Below, one piece after another: positions 60,843 to 64,000 of a stretch of 64,000 bases of DNA. Position 1 is the stretch's first letter. Every line of letters starts with the position of its first letter. The stretch is taken from the NCBI GenBank assembly GCA_049323895.1, contig JBMOKT010000013.1, positions 402,266 to 466,265 on the forward strand. The letters are read 5' to 3'. Source of the DNA: Bacillota bacterium (GTDB lineage Bacteria; Bacillota; Peptococcia; Peptococcales; BICA1-8). Below the pieces are notes generated by a model. That model made no database searches, was not told the DNA's origin, and worked only from the letters and a program-made list of their open reading frames with translations. The translations under genes and the position numbers were made by a program.

Positions 60843-60875
60843 AAAAAAATTAGAGCAGATGGGTATCTGCTCTAA
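60843..60875 (-). terminator. intrinsic terminator after rpmF
   Basis: Minus strand UUAGAGCAGAU-ACCC-AUCUGCUCUAA followed by U7. Confidence 0.85.
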
Positions 60876-60889
60876 TATACTTATACAAA

Positions 60890-61078
60890 TTATTCAGCTG
60901 CTGCTTTTTTTATCACTTCACGATTCTTATAATATCCACACGCTGGGCAAACCCTATGGGGCATTTTAGGCTCATGGCACTGTGGACACTCCATTTTGGA
61001 AGGAGAATCTAATTTAGCCCAAGCAGTTCTTTTCCTTCTTGTTCTTGCCTTTGATCTTTTATTTTGTTGAACTCCCAT
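60890..61078 (-). CDS. rpmF: 50S ribosomal protein L32
   Basis: 62-aa ORF. MGVQQNKRSKARTRRKR and CxxC...CxxC zinc ribbon. Confidence 0.95.
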   Translation of the reverse strand: MGVQQNKRSKARTRRKRTAWAKLDSPSKMECPQCHEPKMPHRVCPACGYYKNREVIKKAAAE

Positions 61079-61080
61079 AA

Positions 61081-61632
61081 CTACACCTCCTCAATACCTT
61101 TAAGTTTGGCTAGTACTGCTAATCGGGGATCTATTTCCTCGATCTTACAATTGCATTTTTGTTTATTTAAATTTTGCCCACATTTTATACATAGTCCCAG
61201 GCAGTCATCACTGCAGAGAACTTTATATGGTAAAGCAATTAGGATACTTTCTCTTATAACGTTTCTTAAATCTAACAAATCATTATCAAAAATTAAAAAA
61301 CGCTCTTCAATTTCGTCCTGAGTAAGGTTTTCCAGATATCTCGCATCGGCGAAGTAAAGGAGTTCTTCCTCAATTACCGCATTTATTGGAATAGTCACCT
61401 TTTCCAAACAACGTCCGCATGCACTTTCAATTTCAGTATTGACAAAACCTTTAAGTTCAAGAATGCGACCATTATTGGTAATCATCAAGGAAATACGAAT
61501 AGGTTTTGTAATTTGCAATTGCGATCCGAGATCTAGCGTTGTTTCAGTTAACTCGTAATTTGAAGTTGTCCCTACTGCATTTCTAACCCTGCTTAAATTG
61601 ATGTTATACGCCATAGTACCCACCCTTTTCAA
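61081..61632 (-). CDS. yceD: YceD family (DUF177) protein
   Basis: 183-aa ORF (start possibly ATG 61614) immediately upstream of rpmF. Cys-rich C-terminus. Confidence 0.85.
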   Translation of the reverse strand: MKRVGTMAYNINLSRVRNAVGTTSNYELTETTLDLGSQLQITKPIRISLMITNNGRILELKGFVNTEIESACGRCLEKVTIPINAVIEEELLYFADARYLENLTQDEIEERFLIFDNDLLDLRNVIRESILIALPYKVLCSDDCLGLCIKCGQNLNKQKCNCKIEEIDPRLAVLAKLKGIEEV

Positions 61633-61658
61633 GCCAAATCGACATAGGCGACTTTTTC

Positions 61659-61687
61659 ATTATATATTTGAACCCTATTGTTGTCAA
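61659..61687 (-). promoter_or_regulatory. consensus sigma-A promoter of yceD-rpmF
   Basis: Minus strand TTGACA-N17-TATAAT. Confidence 0.7.
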
Positions 61688-61762
61688 GCTGGTTACCTTA
61701 CCACTTCTAAAAGATTTTATGCAAGATTTTATGCATTTATTAATGAACTGTTTGGAAAGAGT

Positions 61763-62752
61763 CTAACATTGCAGGACTGTCATAGCAACTGTATTAACTA
61801 TATCATCAACACTGCAGCCCCTTGACAAATCATTTACAGGTTTATTCATCCCCTGTAAAACAGGACCAACAGCTTCAGCTTTTCCTAATCGCTGGACAAG
61901 CTTATAGCCTATATTTCCTGACTGGAGGTCGGGGAATACTAAAACATTTACTTTGCCTGCCACATTACTAGCAGGAGCCTTAGAACTGCCTACTTCAGGC
62001 ACTAGGGCCGCATCGGCCTGAAGTTCCCCGTCAATGGCAACATGGGGATATCTTTCCCTGGCAATTTGCACGGCTTTAACTACTTTATCAACCAACTCAT
62101 GCTTTGCGCTTCCTTTAGTGGAAAATGAAAGCATTCCTACCTTTGGTTCGAAACCAACTAAGGCCTGGGCAGTTTTTGCAGACAGGTAAGCAATTTCCGC
62201 CAGTTGCTCCGAGGTAGGGTTAGGATTAACTGCACAATCTGCGAATACCATTATGCCATTTTCACCATATTCACAGTCAGGTACTATCATAATAAAGGCA
62301 CCTGAGACGGAAGATATCCCTTTTTCTGTTTTAATAATCTGCAGGGCAGGCCTTAATACATCACCTGTTGTATTCTGGGCACCTGCCACCATCCCGTCAG
62401 CATCCCCTTGATTTACCATTAGGGCTCCAAAATATAGGGGGTTCTTAGTCAAATCCTGGGCTTGAGCAAGTGTCAGTCCTTTATTTTTCCTGATTTCATA
62501 TAGGCTTTGACAATATTCATCATATTTTGGGTGTTGGACAGGATTAATAATTTCCACCCCAGTTAGATCTGACCCTATTTTCCTTGCTGTTGCTTCTACA
62601 CCCTCTTTCTCCCCTAATAAAATAACTTTGGTTAACCCTTCTTTAGTTATAATAGAAGCCGCCTGGACTGTCCGTTCTTCAGTACCTTCCGGCAAGACTA
62701 TAGTGGTTTGTTTTAATTTTGCTTTGGCTTTAAAACTTTGAATAAGGTTCAT
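61763..62752 (-). CDS. pta: phosphate acetyltransferase
   Basis: 329-aa ORF. ...IVLPEGTEERT..., C-terminal ...DLSRG.S..DIVN... motifs. Confidence 0.9.
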   Translation of the reverse strand: MNLIQSFKAKAKLKQTTIVLPEGTEERTVQAASIITKEGLTKVILLGEKEGVEATARKIGSDLTGVEIINPVQHPKYDEYCQSLYEIRKNKGLTLAQAQDLTKNPLYFGALMVNQGDADGMVAGAQNTTGDVLRPALQIIKTEKGISSVSGAFIMIVPDCEYGENGIMVFADCAVNPNPTSEQLAEIAYLSAKTAQALVGFEPKVGMLSFSTKGSAKHELVDKVVKAVQIARERYPHVAIDGELQADAALVPEVGSSKAPASNVAGKVNVLVFPDLQSGNIGYKLVQRLGKAEAVGPVLQGMNKPVNDLSRGCSVDDIVNTVAMTVLQC

Positions 62753-62882
62753 TGAATTGCTTCCTCCTTCTGGTATAATTTAGATAACTTAATTTTAATT
62801 CAGCATTAACGAACGAATTCCTACCATAAAATTATTTTTCGTTAAAAAATTTTCCTTATGTATAGAAAGGAAGATAAAATAT

Positions 62883-64000
62883 ATGAAGGTTTTGGGAATT
62901 GTCGCCGAATATAATCCATTTCATAATGGACATTTTTTCCATTTGCAGGAGGCAAAAAAAAAGATTAACCCTGACGGCACAGTATGTATTTTAAGCAGCT
63001 GTTTCTTACAACGAGGAGAACCCGCCTTTGTAGATAAATGGGCCAGGGCAAAAATGGCATTAGCAGGAGGTGTGGATTTGGTGCTAGAACTGCCGCAAGT
63101 TTTTGCCTGCCGCAGTGCCTTTTGGTTTGCCCAAGGAAGTGTAAAGTCCCTGACTGCAAGCGGCGTAGTTACCCATCTAGCCTTTGGTGCCGAAACAAAC
63201 AACCTGAACCAACATATACAAATAGCCCGGTTCCTAAACAAGGAAGATTTTATTTTTAACCGGCATCTAAAAAAAAATCTAGCCTTAGGTTATTCCTTTC
63301 CTAAAGCACGTAGTAGAAGCCTTGGCGAAATTAGTAATGATGGGGAAGACATCGCCGATCTAGGAATGTTAAATAATCCAAATAACATCTTAGCTATTGC
63401 CTATTTAAGGGTTTTAGACCTATTGGATACACCTATTTTACCCCTTATCATAAAAAGAATAGGCAGTTATCATAGTGAGCTGCCTGAAGATGGTTTTGCC
63501 AGTGCAACAGCAGTAAGAAAAATGATTCTAAAAGGCGATAACAGATGGATCGATTTCGTTCCGCCAACCACCAGGGAGATACTTTTGGAAGAATTTGCTC
63601 AAGGAAAAGGTCCTGTTACCATTGATAGATACCAACAAAGTATTATTTCTACTATTAGAAGAAAGGATATTACATCTTTAGAAAAAATTATTGAAATTAA
63701 TAACGGCTTAGAAAGCAGGCTATGGCAAAGTGCCCAAAATACAGGAAATATCCATGAATTATTGAATTATCTAAAGACCAAGCGCTATACATATACTAAG
63801 CTGCAGAGAATGCTAATTCATGTTCTCCTTAACTTTACCAATAATTTAAGTAGTAATGAACCTTCCTACTTGCGGATATTGGGATTTAACTCCAAAGGCA
63901 AAGAAATTTTAGGTCTCATGAAAGAAAAAACCAAAATCCCCGTTATTACCAAATTTGCCGATGGCTTTGAAAAAGTTTCACCCCAAGGAAGGGACATACT
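62883..64000 (+). CDS. tmcAL: tRNA(Met) cytidine acetate ligase (YlbM/TmcAL, UPF0348 nucleotidyltransferase), 3' end beyond window
   Basis: Missing from the ORF track (open at the edge). Own translation from ATG 62883: MKVLGIVAEYNPFHNGHFFHLQEAKK... (EYNPFHNGH signature). No stop through 64000. Confidence 0.85.
   Translation, partial: MKVLGIVAEYNPFHNGHFFHLQEAKKKINPDGTVCILSSCFLQRGEPAFVDKWARAKMALAGGVDLVLELPQVFACRSAFWFAQGSVKSLTASGVVTHLAFGAETNNLNQHIQIARFLNKEDFIFNRHLKKNLALGYSFPKARSRSLGEISNDGEDIADLGMLNNPNNILAIAYLRVLDLLDTPILPLIIKRIGSYHSELPEDGFASATAVRKMILKGDNRWIDFVPPTTREILLEEFAQGKGPVTIDRYQQSIISTIRRKDITSLEKIIEINNGLESRLWQSAQNTGNIHELLNYLKTKRYTYTKLQRMLIHVLLNFTNNLSSNEPSYLRILGFNSKGKEILGLMKEKTKIPVITKFADGFEKVSPQGRDI

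Noticed and set aside
60745-60850. Possible small RNA between the rpmF terminator and a second hairpin (CGCC-GCA-GGCG + U6)
   Set aside because: The second stem is only 4 bp with a 3-nt loop, and I could not find a credible promoter in the 90-nt interval.
62921-63241. Minus-strand ORFs of 106 and 64 aa near the window end
   Set aside because: They are antisense to the clearly recognisable plus-strand tmcAL gene (EYNPFHNGH motif), which the track omitted because it is open-ended.

Overview
AT-rich (about 40% GC by eye) chromosomal segment from an anaerobic, spore-forming Firmicute, probably class Clostridia (Peptococcaceae/Desulfotomaculum-like or acetogen-like). Nearly all of the roughly 75 genes lie on the minus strand; only the last gene, tmcAL, is on plus. 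Reading the minus strand from high to low coordinates: pta; yceD-rpmF; the fatty-acid operon fapR-plsX-fabH-fabK-fabD-fabG-acpP-(second FabK-like gene)-fabF; rnc-radical SAM-smc-ftsY fused to an MTA/5'-deoxyadenosine salvage set (mtnP-mtnA-class II aldolase-mtaD); ppa, ynfA and a nitroreductase-like gene; the ribosome/SRP block ylxM-ffh-rpsP-khpA-ylqD-rimM-trmD-methyltransferase-rplS-lepB-rbgA-rnhB; an 11-gene nuoABCDHIJKLMN operon with no nuoEFG; yraN; a complete carbonyl-branch Wood-Ljungdahl operon (cooC-acsA-acsB-acsC-RACo-acsF-acsD-acsE-metF); a small ORF; a Spo0E-like gene behind a c-di-GMP-I riboswitch; pheA behind a T-box; a TAXI-TRAP transporter plus a DUF362 protein; comM; and an MBL-fold hydrolase. 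I saw no mobile elements, CRISPR arrays, tRNA/rRNA genes or obvious defence genes. The least ordinary signals are non-coding. First, a dispersed family of CTAG-containing heptanucleotide tandem repeats sits in 5' UTRs and intercistronic spacers; the largest is 12 perfect units upstream of ylxM-ffh. Second, a GEMM-I riboswitch plus 0A-box-like repeats lie in front of a Spo0E-family phosphatase. Third, a terminator-containing leader precedes the TAXI-TRAP/DUF362 operon. All calls come from reading the sequence and from remembered family signatures. No database search was run.
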